From NCBI GenBank assembly GCA_013265495.1, contig MU062062.1:2214747-2278746 (forward strand): 64,000 nt of DNA, given 5' to 3'. This document shows, one piece after another, positions 11,901 to 24,721 of this stretch. The notes below the pieces were generated by a model. It did not search any database and had not been told where the DNA came from. It worked only from the letters and a program-made list of their open reading frames with translations. The position numbers and the translations under genes were made by a program. The stretch comes from Vicugna vicugna. Lineage: Eukaryota. Within the stretch, counting starts at the first letter, position 1. Each line of letters opens with the position of its first letter.

Positions 11901-13425
11901 ATGGTATGTCAATGCCCAGGATAGAACAGTTAAGAGTATTTTGATGAAATCCTATTTTTAGATTAAAAATTTCAAGATGTGTCTATAGTATCTTGTTTAA
12001 AAAAATTAAAAAGATCTTTGAAACTTAAATTAAGTAGGCATTTTTAATTTAGAGAAACTTCTATACCCATTTTTTAAGAAGCCATTCTAATGGAATCTTC
12101 TAATTGGCCCAATACAATAAATGTCACTTTCTAATAAGACCAAAAGGAAGCTAGGAAAATCTTCCTTTCTCCGAACCACCTTTGAGGCTATGACCTTTCC
12201 TGGCAAAAGCCTCGTGTACACTCAGCAGAGCCTGCTACCCAGCCAACCCCCAGTCCTGCATGTTTTAAGGGCTGTCCCAGTTCTGGGTCCTGGAAGGTGC
12301 AGTGAAACACGAGGCCCTGTGGCTCAGGAGGGGCAGCACCTGGCTGGGTGACCACCCTCCCAGGTCCTGCTGGTGGCGGATGCCCCCGCAGACACACGAT
12401 GGCTGTGGGAGGGGCCTGCTGGGGCACCGGCCGCTGTCCGTGGTCCTGAGCCCCTCCCGGCTGCAGCACCGCAGGTTCCGGGAGCGCTCGGCACACTTGC
12501 CCCAAGAATTCTGATTCAGATCCAGTAAAGGGTGGGGGTGAGGGGCGGGAAGGAGGGAGCACGGGCAGAGGCAGGCCACCTGAGAGACCGCCGCAGGGAA
12601 CCAACAGCACCCCCCCCCAGCTCTGGGGAGGCGGGGGACGGGCGCCACCCCCGGGGCCTCCTGCCGCTCTGCCTGCCTCTTCCAACTTCTCTCCCCTGTT
12701 CCTCCCTCCCCTCCCTCCCCTCCTCGTCCTGAACTCCTGATCCCTGGTGCAACTGAGGGCCCAGCCTCGGGCACGTGAACCTCGGGCGGGTCTCGGCCGA
12801 GCTCCACTTGGCTGAGCCGTGGTCACGGCTTTTTCAGCACGAGGGGGCCCCTGACTTCTTGTCCGGGGGACCTGCCAGCGACCCTTCAGACCCCTGGGGC
12901 CTGCCCTGTCCGACCTCCACCAAAAGGGACACCGATGCCACATACCTAGAAATTTAGACCAAACAATATCGCTCCTGCAGGGACGTGCAGGCAGTACCCA
13001 CTTCCTACCTTGTCATTCCAGAGTCAGAGCTGGAGGCACGGAACATCCTCTCAGGATAAAGACAGACGATCTAGATCGCAGGGCCTCTTTTCACACAGGC
13101 ACTAACTTCCGTCACTCTACAGCACATGCGTCAGGAACAAAAGGGAAATGACCTTCCCAGGGCCCAGTTAACTTGCAGCATTTTTTAAGCAAAATGAACT
13201 TAACAGTAATTCCTAAGTGAAGGTATGTACGTGAAAAGCATGAGTGGACGGCAATACTGCACCAATGGATGTACATCTGTAATATTTGTAAAGAAAAAAA
13301 ATCCAAAACCTTAAATTTTGAATTTACATGTTAATTTGCCTCTAAGTTCTGTAAACTGCACTTCAGTGAGATCTGATAAGTGAATGTTTCTGTTAAGTGA
13401 ATAAAAACACCCAGTAGACTGTGCC
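8924..13425 (+). other. ADARB2: ADARB2 3'UTR (approximate, long form)
   Basis: Follows the stop codon. AT-rich non-repetitive blocks at about 11640-12140 and 13110-13410 end in AATAAA. The 3' end is inferred, with no transcript evidence. Confidence 0.6.
13400..13405 (+). terminator. ADARB2: Probable distal poly(A) signal of ADARB2 (AATAAA)
   Basis: AATAAA ends an AT-rich block with TGTA elements upstream (13270-13355) and a G/T-rich stretch downstream (gtagactgtgcct...gggtgctgggccgttttc). Confidence 0.6.
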
Positions 13426-14529
13426 TCCCTGGGGTGCTGGGCCGTTTTCATCAAGCAGAGTCCAGGGGCTCAGAGTCCGGGCAGGGTCTGCGTCTCCAGC
13501 GAAACGGCCAGGTCCACCCCGAAGCCCTCGCTGCTGCTGGCTGTGCACGGCTTCTGTGGAGGGACGGGCACCAGCCTGGTGTCACCCTTGCGGGTCTGCT
13601 GTCCGGGAGCCACGCAGAATGTCTCGGGGGCTGGGAGCGGAGACGCCTGCGAGCCCGGACTCGGAGTCTCACTATGGAGACTCCGCCCCGTCTTCTCACT
13701 GCCAAGTCCTCACTCTGCTGCTGCCCACAGTCGCCTGTAGGGCAGTGGCTGGTGTGCTGAGGTCTCTGTGACGATCGCAGGTGTAAAGCACTCGCCTTGC
13801 CCGTCAGACTGCAATCCTCACACACACTCCTCCTCCATAAACTGCTTCAGGCCACACTTCTTTCCCATTAACCACAGTGAGGGTGTGAGATCTCAGGAGC
13901 AGGCAGAGGTGGAGGTGGCGGGACGTTCTGAAGCCTCCCTCCTGCTCAGGTCGGGCTGGGGAGGAGGCTGACCTGAGGCCCCCACCCCAAGGCGCAGCCG
14001 CTGCCCAGGAGCCACCGCGGCACCCGCCTCCCAGGCCAGGATCTCACAGCTGCCTGTGGTCAGGGGTGCGGCCTGGACACATCGCAGGCCTCAGTGTCCC
14101 ACACCAACACGTAAACCATTTCAGAGAGGCTGCCGACCAGGCAGAAGCTGAAAACGCTGGCTGCGGCTTTCACACATTAACGATCGTTCTCCAAGATTTA
14201 GAGAAACTTACTGAGGATGGGGAAAGGGTGGCGAACACAGCAGGGGGGACAGAGCTGAGCTGGGAGCTGTGGCACCTGGGCTTGGGGTGGACGGGAGGAG
14301 AGCCTGGGGCTCCCAGGGTCCCGGGGTGGACGCTCCCAGGAGAGCACGTCGGCGCACGAGGCCAGGCGATGGGATGCGGGGCACCTGGTCACATGGAGAC
14401 CCACTTGTTCATCACCCACTCGCCCACGAGCACCAAGGGCCAGCGAGAGCTAAGCTGGCGCCACGGTTCCTGGGGTGGACATGAGGGTAAAACTGTAACA
14501 AATACAGCAACAGCAGTTTGGAGGGAGGG

Positions 14530-15470
14530 TCGATATGGTCACTACAGATTCCACAGACGTTAAATGTTAACAGGAGAACCATCCCCACAGCTTTATGCAG
14601 ATAAACTCAGCTCAGATGAAGGAAACATTCTCGAGAAACATGAACCACCAAAGCTTTCTCAGGCAGAAGCTGATAACCGGTGATACGCTCACGTCTACTT
14701 AATAAATTTAACTTACAGTTAAAAGCCTTCCCACAACGGAAACTCCAGACCCTCGTGGCTGCACTGGTGAATTCTACCAGACATTTGAGGGAGAAACAAC
14801 AGCAGTTCTCCACAAATCCTTCCAAGAAATTGAGAAAGGAGTGCAAAATCGGCCCATGAGGTCTGCATTACACCGACACTGACACTGACACCAGACCGAC
14901 AAGAAATCTTACAAACAAGACACCAAAATCCTTAACAGCACATCTAACCCAGTAGTACAGAAAGGAACAGTACATTACGACATGTGGTTTATCCCAAAAG
15001 GCAAGGCTGGCTTAACAATTACAAATCCGTTCATGTAAATCATTACGTTAAACAACAGGAGAAAAATTACAACATCTCAATATGTAAGATTGTATTATCT
15101 CAAACACCAAAAAACAAGCACTTGAAAACATTCCTACATCATCCCTGATAAAAACTCCAGCAGCCAGGGAGGATGGGAAGCTCCGCCTGGAAAAGAGCAT
15201 TCTTGGAAACCACAGCAACACCACAATGAAGGAGAAACATGAATGCTGTCTCCTCATCAGAAGGAAGACGGGTCCTCTGTTACCACTTCCACTAAGCATC
15301 GTACTAGAGGCCGTAGCCAGAGCAATAAGGCAAGAAGGAGAAAAAAGCGTTAAGTGACGTGAACGCTCAGGTAGATCTCACAGAATCCGTTACAAAAGCT
15401 ATCAGAATAGGTGAATTTAGAAAACCCTCAGGATACAAGATAAATGTACAAATCCCCATAGTTTTTGTTT
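14530..15470 (+). mobile_element. Old L1 ORF2 (RT region) fragment
   Basis: actggtgaattctaccagacattt, ccacaaatccttccaagaaattga, tggtttatcccaaaaggcaaggctggcttaacaatt and gatacaagataaatgtacaaat are L1 ORF2 hallmarks; frame disrupted. Confidence 0.7.
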
Positions 15471-16700
15471 GGCTCAGAAAATCTTTCTTTCTCCTTCACT
15501 TTTAAAGGGTAATTTCCCCAGATACAAATTCTAGATCAACAGTCTTTCAAGACTTAACATTTTTGAAGCCATAGTGAGATCAGAATTTCGGAGGATTTTA
15601 GAAAGGGGTGAGTGTATTTTACACATGGATGGAGCAGAAATAATTTACTGGAAGAGGGCTGATTGCGTTCTTCAGATGAATGCACATTTTTGACACCCTG
15701 CCACTGCGAGGCGGAATCTACATCACACTCCTTGAGTCTGACGGGGCTTGCAGCTGCTTCAGTCTTCGCAGAACCACAGAAGTGCCTCCCACGCCTGACT
15801 GCCACAAGGCCATTGTGCTGTGAGGAGACCCAGTCCACACGGACAGTCAACTTCTGCGCTGAGTCAAACTTTCATGTAAACCCAGCTCAGGGGCCAACAC
15901 GCTCGTGAAGATACCTACGGATAATTCCAGAACTCAGTGACTGCGTTGCTCCCTGCTGTCCAGCCTTCCCAGATACTGTGGAAGACAAAACAGTCATCTT
16001 CCATGCGCCCTTTCCCAACTCCAGACCACAGGTTCTATGAACACGGTAAAATAACTGGTTTGCACACACACTGAAAAGCAAAACTAAGTGTCACTCTCTT
16101 CTTGCCTGCTTGGCTCCTGACGAGAGGTCTGCAGATACAGTGGACTTTGTCCTTGGTGTTCTGCAGGTTGAGTGTCACGCACCCACGTGCTGATTTTCTG
16201 GCACTTATCCACTTGGTATCCCCTCAGCTTTCTTGACTTGTGGTTTATGTCATTAATTTTGGAAAATTCTCCACAATTACTATTTCAAATCTCTTCCCTG
16301 CTCCCCCCACTCTTCTCCTGGTATTCCCGTATGTGAATGTTATACCCTCTGCGATTGTCCTAACACCCCAGATGTGCTGCTTCGTTTTTCCCAGTGTTTT
16401 CTCTCTGCATCCCAGTGTGGGAAGTTCCTCCTGACTCATCTTGAAGGTATCTTGCGGGATTCGCTCCTCAGCCACACCCAGCCTGCTGAAAGGCTCGTTC
16501 GAGGTGCTCTTCATTCCTGTCCCAGTGGTTTTGATTCCTGGCATTTTTGATTTTCACGGTTTCCACACCTCTGCTCACACTACCCAACGGCTCTGCATGC
16601 CGTCCACTAGGGCCCTCAGCATGTTAATCACAGTTGCTTTAAAACCCTGGTGTGATAACACTAGCATCTCTGCCGAGTCCAAGTCTACCGCTGTTTGACA
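15470..16700 (-). mobile_element. Old L1 fragments, antisense (patchy)
   Basis: T-rich antisense L1 ORF1-type text, e.g. ttttggaaaattctccacaattactatttcaaat and ctttctccttcacttttaaagggtaatttccc. Confidence 0.45.
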
Positions 16701-17329
16701 GAGTCCTCTCAACGTGGTGGTCAGGTGCAGGGCGGGAAGCCTTCTGGAGACCTGGCATTAGGTCTGTCATCCAGTGGCCTTCACAAGCACACCTGTTCTT
16801 CTTCTCCCTTACGTGAGACAGGAAGGCTAGAGGCCTGGGCTGAGTCCTCCTTCTTCCCCAAGTCAGACACGGCTCTGGTGAGGCCTCTCCCTTGGCGAAG
16901 AGCTGTTTGTGCTGGGGACGGCTCTGGACTCACGGCCAAAGGTGAGGGAACCTTCCTCTGATCTTCACGATGGGAACCTGGAGCTCCTGGAAGCAAGACG
17001 GTGAAGGGCGGTGGCCCCTGGAGTCTGTAACTCAAGCAAGCCCACACCAGCCTCCACAATTAAGCTCATCACCATTAAGGGCCCGGCGAGTTCACGCCCC
17101 AGCAGCAGCCGCTCCTCTGAGCTGTGACACTGGATCGCCTGTCTGCCTCTCCAGTTTTAGGAGTGGTCTGCCTTCTGACCTCACCCTCTAACAGACCTAA
17201 GTAAAGCCACGGAGCTGTTTGTTCACCTTCTCTCCTGCCACGAGGGAAGGAGAGACAATTTCCAGGAGCTTCATGTGTCAGAGCAGAAACCAGAGTCTCC
17301 AGCACAGTCACCTTGGAAAACTGCAGGGA

Positions 17330-17860
17330 GGTTTCTTAAACAGTCAAGAATACTCTAAGACATGGTCCAGCCGTTCTACTCTGAAAAGGAAAGTCTACAT
17401 AAATCTGAAGACTTACCACAAATGTTCATACCAGCTTTATTTGCAACAGCCAGAAACCATAAACAATCTAAATCTCCTCTCACAGGCAAACAGAGAAACG
17501 TGATACATCCATACGTGAACTGCTACTCGGCAATAAAAAGGAATTACTAACACACGCAACGCAAACTAACCTCAGAACGGTTTTTTCCGAATGAAAGACA
17601 GAAGTAAGTATGCACCACAAAACTGAACTTATATAAAGTTCTAGAAAATGCAAACTAATGCTTAGTGACAGGAGCAGACCAGCGGCTGCAGAGAAGCAGG
17701 CATGTTGGGAACTTTCCTGGGCGAGAACCACAGTCTTGATTGTGGTGATGATGTCATCAAAGAATACGTCAAAACTCATCAGATTTTACACTGCAGATAC
17801 GCTCAGTGTATTTCACACGTTCAGTCAATTATATTACAATAAAGTTGTTTCTAAAAAAAG
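17330..17860 (+). mobile_element. L1M 3' end fragment
   Basis: acaaatgttcataccagctttatttgcaacagccagaaacc ... cttgattgtggtgatg ... gtcaaaactcatc ... caattatattacaataaagttg, typical of old L1M 3' termini. Confidence 0.7.
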
Positions 17861-18589
17861 AAAAATCAGATTCACGTAACACTGGAGAGGGATTGGTTAT
17901 AGAACATATACAGTTACTTTTGTCACTGAGAAAAAAATAGTTTACTTATATTATTTATTGAGAATCAACTCAGGACAGAAGCCATCAATAATGCATACGC
18001 ATTGAAGAAAATGATTATACTTTTAGCAAAATATACCAGAACCCACCCACTTAGCCAAACGAATGCTGTTTTCCCCAAAACACAGACTGTGAGAATAAAA
18101 ATCCTTATTCTGATGCGTGGTCTTTGCTCAACACAATTTCTGGATTGTCTCCTGGATATGAAATAATCTTCATTCCCTGTGTAAAAGCAGCACAAGAAAA
18201 TCTTTTATTGTTTTTACGATCACACCTGGTAAATGAAATCCTTATTACACTTCCCACGTTAAAGCTAGGATCTCCAAAAATGTATTTGAAAACAACCCAA
18301 TTTTGACACAGTTTCACACACTGCCTTCTGACAATTTCCTTGGTGGCTATTTTTTTTCAGGAACATTATTTTGGAACAAAATTGGCTTTGTGTTTCCTTT
18401 CATGCAATATACACACAGACTGAAAACCAGGCTTTCTAGGATAAAACTACATGTTTCTAAGTGGAAAATGACAAGTATCTTCAGTGAATAAAATGCGATG
18501 ATTCAAAGATAAGCTTGAAACTAGTGTAGTCAAAAATATTACAATGCCCCCATTTTACCAGCATCACTTGATCTGTCTTTGGAATAGCA

Positions 18590-20230
18590 CACAATTTTCC
18601 GTAAAACTTTTTATTACCGTTGTAGTTAGATTAGGCACAGTACAGGAGTATTTGTAGAGATACTTACGTTATGAAGTGTGAAAACTGGCACACAGACTCG
18701 TGTGCCCACCATCCACATCAGGAACTGGACACTGCCCGTTCTGGGCTCCTCCTGACCCGGCCCTCAGCCTCCCACCCACCCCCGTCCTGGCCCGGAGAGG
18801 ACCCTGCGGAATGGTGGCTTCTCATCCCATGCCGTAAGTACGTGGCCATAATCACACGTGTATGGCTGGGCTGGCTCTTGCCTCACGAGGTTTCACACTG
18901 TGCTGGTGTTTTCACCCAACACCAGATTCCTAAGATGAATGGCTGCACAGGCCGCAACCGGGTCGTCCAGTGTCTGCTACGTGACACTTCACTGTGCAGA
19001 TGTACCATGAGTTGCTTGCCAGGCCCTGTCGACCTGTGTTGGGTCGGTCCCACTTGGGTGCTACGACCCTGCATGTGTTCCCTGGTGTGCACGTGCAAGA
19101 GGTTCTCCAGGACTGCGGTTCTCACACTGGGCAGGAGCTTAAACAAAGCTCGTGTAAAATGCAGATTCTACGCTGGGGCTGGACCCAGGAATCGTCATTT
19201 TAACAGACATGCAAGGCATTAAACACATTCCGCTTTAACAAACCGGGCTCCTGCTGTACGCTAGTGGCTGCTGGAGCAGGGAGGCACGCACGTGCCAGAC
19301 TTCAAACACAGTGTTTTCCAACTTGTTGTAACATTTTACATCCAAACCAATAGTTATAAAGTCTCCTCTTCTGTGACATACCTGCTCATGTCTGCTGCCC
19401 AATTCCCAGTTCTCCCAGACACGTGGAATTCTGTGCACTGTCCTGCACGCCAATCCTCTGTGGCTTTTACGTCTGGTTGTTCCACCTTACAAGGGGCCCT
19501 TTAACACACAGACCCTTTCATTTCCGTGTGGTTGGACGCATCAATCTTTTCTAGTATGGTTAATGCATTTTGGGGTAGTTGTTTAATAAACACAAAGTCA
19601 TAACAAAGTTTTTAATGTTAACGTTTTTCCTTCAACATAAAACGCTGGAGTTCATTTTGTTTCGGTGTGAGGTAGGGATCCAAACTCATTATCTTCTTCC
19701 ACGTGACTAACTTACCACTAGAACCATTCATTCAATAGGCCACTTTCTCCCCTCTGATCTGTGATTACGAGCTGAAATAGTTCAGGTTTTGCACATGCAC
19801 AGGCCAATCCTGACCCCTCTCTTCTCCTGGTCAATTTCCCGCCCTGTGGGGGCCCCACACACACTGGCTGCAGCCCTGCCGGGCTGGGGGGAACCACTCG
19901 TTTCTCCTCCTCTCCCTCCTTTTTTCTCTTCTTGGGAAACGTGTTAATCCCGGCCTTTGCTCTAATAAATTTAGGAACCAGACCGTCCAATTCCTCAAAA
20001 ACCCCTGGGGTGATCTAGACTGGAGTCTCCCTGAGTCTCCTTCGTCCATGGGCAGAACAGACATTTTCACAACACTGACTCTTCCTACGAATGAGCAAGA
20101 CAGTCTCTCGTTCTACTTGTCTTCTCTTTCAGTCTGTTGACGTTTTAAATATCCCCACGGATGATCTCATCATGTTTCCCCACCAGGTCCCTCATGGGTT
20201 TTTGTTGAGAGTATACAGTGGAAACTTTTC
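18590..20230 (-). mobile_element. Old L1M fragments, antisense
   Basis: ggagttcattttgtttcggtgtgaggtagggatccaaactcatt, ttgacgttttaaatatccccacggatgatctcatcatgttt and similar antisense L1 text. Confidence 0.5.
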
Positions 20231-20539
20231 AGATACAAGGTGATATACTTCAGTGGTTCTGAAATTTTAAAAACTATAAAACAAAATGCAGTAAAAAGTC
20301 ACTTCTACCTAATTCTTAATTACCACATTTCCCAGCTTCCGACAGAAACCATTTTTAATCTTTTTTTATCTTTCCCAGGTGTTTTTTTTTCTTTGTGGTT
20401 ACCCTTTAAATTTCACTATAAATATTTACTAACACAAAGTTAATCAATATTTCCAGCCCGAAGGCAAACAAAAACAGGCATTTTAAACTACCAGCTCCAA
20501 ACAGACAATTTGGCACAGGTGTCTGCCGGCGTGTCGGCT

Positions 20540-21000
20540 GATTTTGAAACCATTCCTCTGCGGCTTTTCCTTCTCACAGGATCTCCTTAAGAAGCTCCCT
20601 TGGGGAAGAAGCACCGGTGAAAACTGCTTCTGTTTATCCCCAAGTATTCTCTGTTCCACACTCACTCTGGAAGGAAGCCTGGCCAAGCACAGAATTCCAG
20701 TTATTTCCCCTGCTCACTTCGAAGCACTTGGCGTTATTTTCACTCCAAAGGACCAATGGAGAGAGGCGGACCTTCTCAGTCCTAGCGCCAACGTTTTCCA
20801 GGCAGGATCTGCCAGCCCCGTTTGGGTCAGACTGCCTGGGTGGGAGGACGTGCTGCTGGAGTGGCCCTGCCAGGGCCCAGCGGTCCAGGGAGGACATAAC
20901 TTCGACCTGGGTTACAAATCACAGTCTCTGAACTTGACTGAAACTTTCCAACACTTCCTGTTACCATGTAGGGAGGGGGTCCTGCTCACACACTTCAGGC
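20540..21000 (-). mobile_element. Old L1 antisense fragment (underlies ORF 20544-21224)
   Basis: tgcttctgtttatccccaagtattctctgttccacactcactctggaaggaagcctggccaagcacagaattccag resembles antisense L1 ORF1. Confidence 0.4.
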
Positions 21001-22349
21001 TGCGCTTGAAGCATCCTTCAGGTGACCAGGAACCCATGTGCATGCATGCACTGACGGAGCCCATGAAGCGTCCTGACTGGGACTGCCCGCCCACACTCTC
21101 CTGGTCCCACCGCCCCAGCACGGCCCTGCAGATCCCACGGAACCAGTGCCCTGTGCATTCTGCGCACGTGGAGCAAACCTGCTCTTCCCAAGGCCTATTC
21201 AACCCCAACTCCCGCGCTCAGTGACACTTCCCGAGGCAGCCTCCCTCCCTCTCATCCCTTCACCTCCTGACACTGCTGGCAACCTTCAGGCTCCAGTTCG
21301 AACCTCACCTCTTTAGAGACGCCTCCTGGGCCGCACTGTGAGCACAGCCCCTGCCCCCATCCCGCCTACAGCTCTCAGGGCCAAGGCTGCTTAACCTACC
21401 TTTGTTTTGGCCAAAAACTGCTAAAAATGTTTTAATAAGCTTAACTTTAAATCCACAGTACTTGCGTGACTTCATCTTCAGCTCCCTCCCACAACACGGA
21501 TGGCACACCACAGGCTGCACGTGGACCTGCTGATCCTTGGAGTGCCTTCCTTGACTTCTAATTCATTAAGTGAAACAGAAAATCTACGGATAGTAAGGGA
21601 GACACATCTCAGTGGCATTTTGATAAAATCAAAGCAAACAAGTCTTGCCTTCTTGATTCTTCACACTAACATGTTAACTTCCAAATGTAACTAGGAACAT
21701 AATTATGAAATTTAGACAATAGTCACATTTCTGAAGCGTAAGGTGAGGAAGTAATTGTAGGGAGCTCCGACCCTTTGGGGACTGAACGCACCCAAGGCCC
21801 ACGCACCACGGGCAGCGAGCCATGCTAGTCCAAGCAGGGCCGGTGGTGCATGGGGGCCGGTGGGCAGGGCTCTGGCACCTGCAGAGTCCCCACGACGAGC
21901 GCGCACCCCACCCGCACGGGTGAGAGCGGACGGCGAGCAGGCCACGGCAGCCCCACTCGCACCTCCCACAGAAAGCCGGCTGACTGTAACTGTGATGGTT
22001 CTCAACCTTCAAACAGGCTTGATTACAGGAAGCACAGGACAAGCATCTCATGAAATTGAGGAACTGGGACAAGTGTCTGTGTCCTGTCCCACTGTTAACT
22101 CCCTTCAGAAATTTTTGGGCTGGTGATGCAGCAACAGAGAAGCGGAGCACAGACCGTTTAATTTCAGCACAGCTGACCCTCTAAGTCCAACATTAAGCTT
22201 TTTCAAGCAGCAACACTGCAACTCACCTGTTCTGCTGCTACATGGCAATGATGCCCGGGGGCCGCCGACAGAGTTTTACCAAAGCAAAACGTTAAAAAAA
22301 AAAAAAAGAAAGCAAAATAATAAAGAAGAGACTCCTAGTAACACAACAC

Positions 22350-24586
22350 TTACAGAGTAATATACGCAACATGGATTTTTAATGAATTTCATATTGCAAC
22401 TGAAGACACTGAACACTTAAAAACAATTACATCGATACAATAAAAACACCTGCTTCTACATGACACAAATGCATACGTTCTCCCCAAAGAAACCTGGTTT
22501 TCACAGATTTAAGCAACAGAAGATTTACATAGGATTCTTCAGATTCCAAAATATGTACAGGATTTTGATTCTACAGAAACGAATGTGCAGTGGCTGAGAA
22601 AGGGTGTTGCCTCGTCCAACAATATACCTCTCGTGAAATTCTCTATCAACATACGCTTTTCAGTAACCACACGTTTCCTTCTCTCATTAGAAGAAATTCT
22701 GGACACGTCGGCATCATGGACAAAGCCACTCCCATTTCCAAACAGCATTTCAGACGAGATCAACATGGCTGCTCACCGCACATGCGCACACACACGCTTG
22801 GGCACACGCACACACGCACATCCCTACCCCCGTCTCCCTCGCAGCTCCTGGAAACACCCCTGTGGCCGCCGCAGCTGCAGGCCCCCTCCCCAGAAGGCCC
22901 AGGCTCCAGGGACGGAGGAGGTCGGCCCGCAGATCGTGCTCATCTGGCACAGAACTCAACGCCAGCACAGATGTACGTTTCGAAACTTCCAATTTTTTAA
23001 TTCTGGCAGAGACCTGGTTCTCAAATCTGGCTGAGCTACTTGTAGACCATTTCCAACGTTCGTAACAATGATTCTAAGACACTCAGACGTTCGGACCGAA
23101 GCAGGAAAGGAGCCCGAGCACGGGGGCAGCAGGGGAGGCACCTGGCGCCGAGCCCAGAGAGCAGGGCCGAGCCGCCTCATCCTCAGACGCCGGCCGGGGA
23201 CACCAGACTCACCAACGACAAGTCCTTGAGCTTTCAAAGTAAAGCTGCTCAAAAACACCTGCTGTGGGTTGCTTACTTTGGTTCTTGCTGGCTCCTCCTT
23301 CCCTTCCAGGCTGTGGAAACCAGCTCGGAATCAGCCCACTCACTCAGGGCCGAGGGTCCTGAGCCCAGCGGCGCAGGGCCTGAGCTGGCGGAGCCTCGGG
23401 TGAGGCACATCCACACGGAAGCCACCGCCCTCAACCTCAGCTCCGCAGGCTCCAGCCCACGTCTCCATGCACACGGAGCATGATCCCCCCGTCCTCCCGG
23501 CTGGCCTCCAAGGGTCAGCACACGAGACGGGACACGACTCAGACAGTGGTCCCGGGTGTCCTCAGAAGGCGAGGGTGGTGGGCTCACGACAGCGGGGGCA
23601 CCGAGGGCGTTTGGGTACCAGCCCCGCTGAGGGGGAGCCCTCACCGCCAGTGACGTGGGCCACGACCGACTCCCCCGCCTCCTGAGTGAAACGCCACATC
23701 AGGAGGGCGCTAACCAGGCAACAGTGAAACCCGAGGCCCCCAAAGACTTGTTTCGAGGTAGTGCTCAGATATTTGCATTGTTGGCTCTCAAATACCACCA
23801 GGGAAGTGAACCCACTTGAAACGTGCAAACCCAACGTGTAGAAAATAAATAAGGTTTGTTTTCAGGTAGCAGGGCTTTCCAGAAAGGTCAAGTCACATTC
23901 AATGGATAAATCTGAAACTTCTAAAAATCGTTTATAACCATGGCTATAAACTAAAGTGCTTTAAATTTCGCTTAAAATCTGAAATCAGTGATTAGAATCA
24001 TTATATTTTAGATTTGCTAGCATGAGACCTCAGCACATTGAAATGATTTTCTATAAAAAGAGCAGAAACTTCTCCTTTCAAAAGAAACCATCCTAATGTT
24101 GTGAACTCAATATTCTATGCTTTTTCTCAAACTTCTCACATCCAGGTTGACTTCCCAGAACTGTAACAGAACAGAGCAGAGGCCGCGCAGACAGCATGCA
24201 GTGAGACTCCCCTAGACGCCGCTCCCGCCACCCATCAGCCACCTTCCTGGTACGCAGCAGGCGTAGACCACTGTTCCAGAGACGCAGAGACGCCCTATGC
24301 CTCCTGGGGAGTGCACGGTTCCCACTCATGCGAACGCAATGCCCTCCTGTCACCCGACACACCAGTAACTCACAACACGCGGCAGCGGGAGGGGCTCCGT
24401 TCTACCGACCAGCGATGCCCACACACACAGACGACAATGGGGGACGGGAGCACAGCACCCTGTGCGTTTCATGCAGGCTGCGCACTGGGGAGGGCGTGCA
24501 CGTCGCCGTCCGGTCCGGCTCCCCAGGACGATGAGGGCCGGCAGTCATGGTCCTCGCCACCAAGGAAGCCGCGCGAGGCGGCGCCC
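22350..24586 (-). other. WDR37: WDR37 3'UTR (approximate)
   Basis: Lies between the stop codon (24587-24589) and the ATTAAA signal. Confidence 0.65.
22378..22383 (-). terminator. WDR37: Probable poly(A) signal of WDR37 (ATTAAA on minus)
   Basis: Plus-strand tttaat. On minus it is followed by a GU-rich (gtgttgtgtt) and then a U-rich tract (22294-22325) at downstream-element distance, with TGTA motifs upstream. Confidence 0.65.

Positions 24587-24721
<135 letters not shown>

Noticed and set aside
20544-21224. 226-aa ORF between the two genes as a candidate new gene
   Set aside because: It starts at a non-ATG codon, resembles an antisense L1 translation and has no splice or promoter support.
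13381-23901. miR-181 seed matches (TGAATGT) in both 3'UTRs (13381-13387 on +; 23895-23901 on -)
   Set aside because: Single 7-mers in multi-kb UTRs are common by chance; conservation data are needed.
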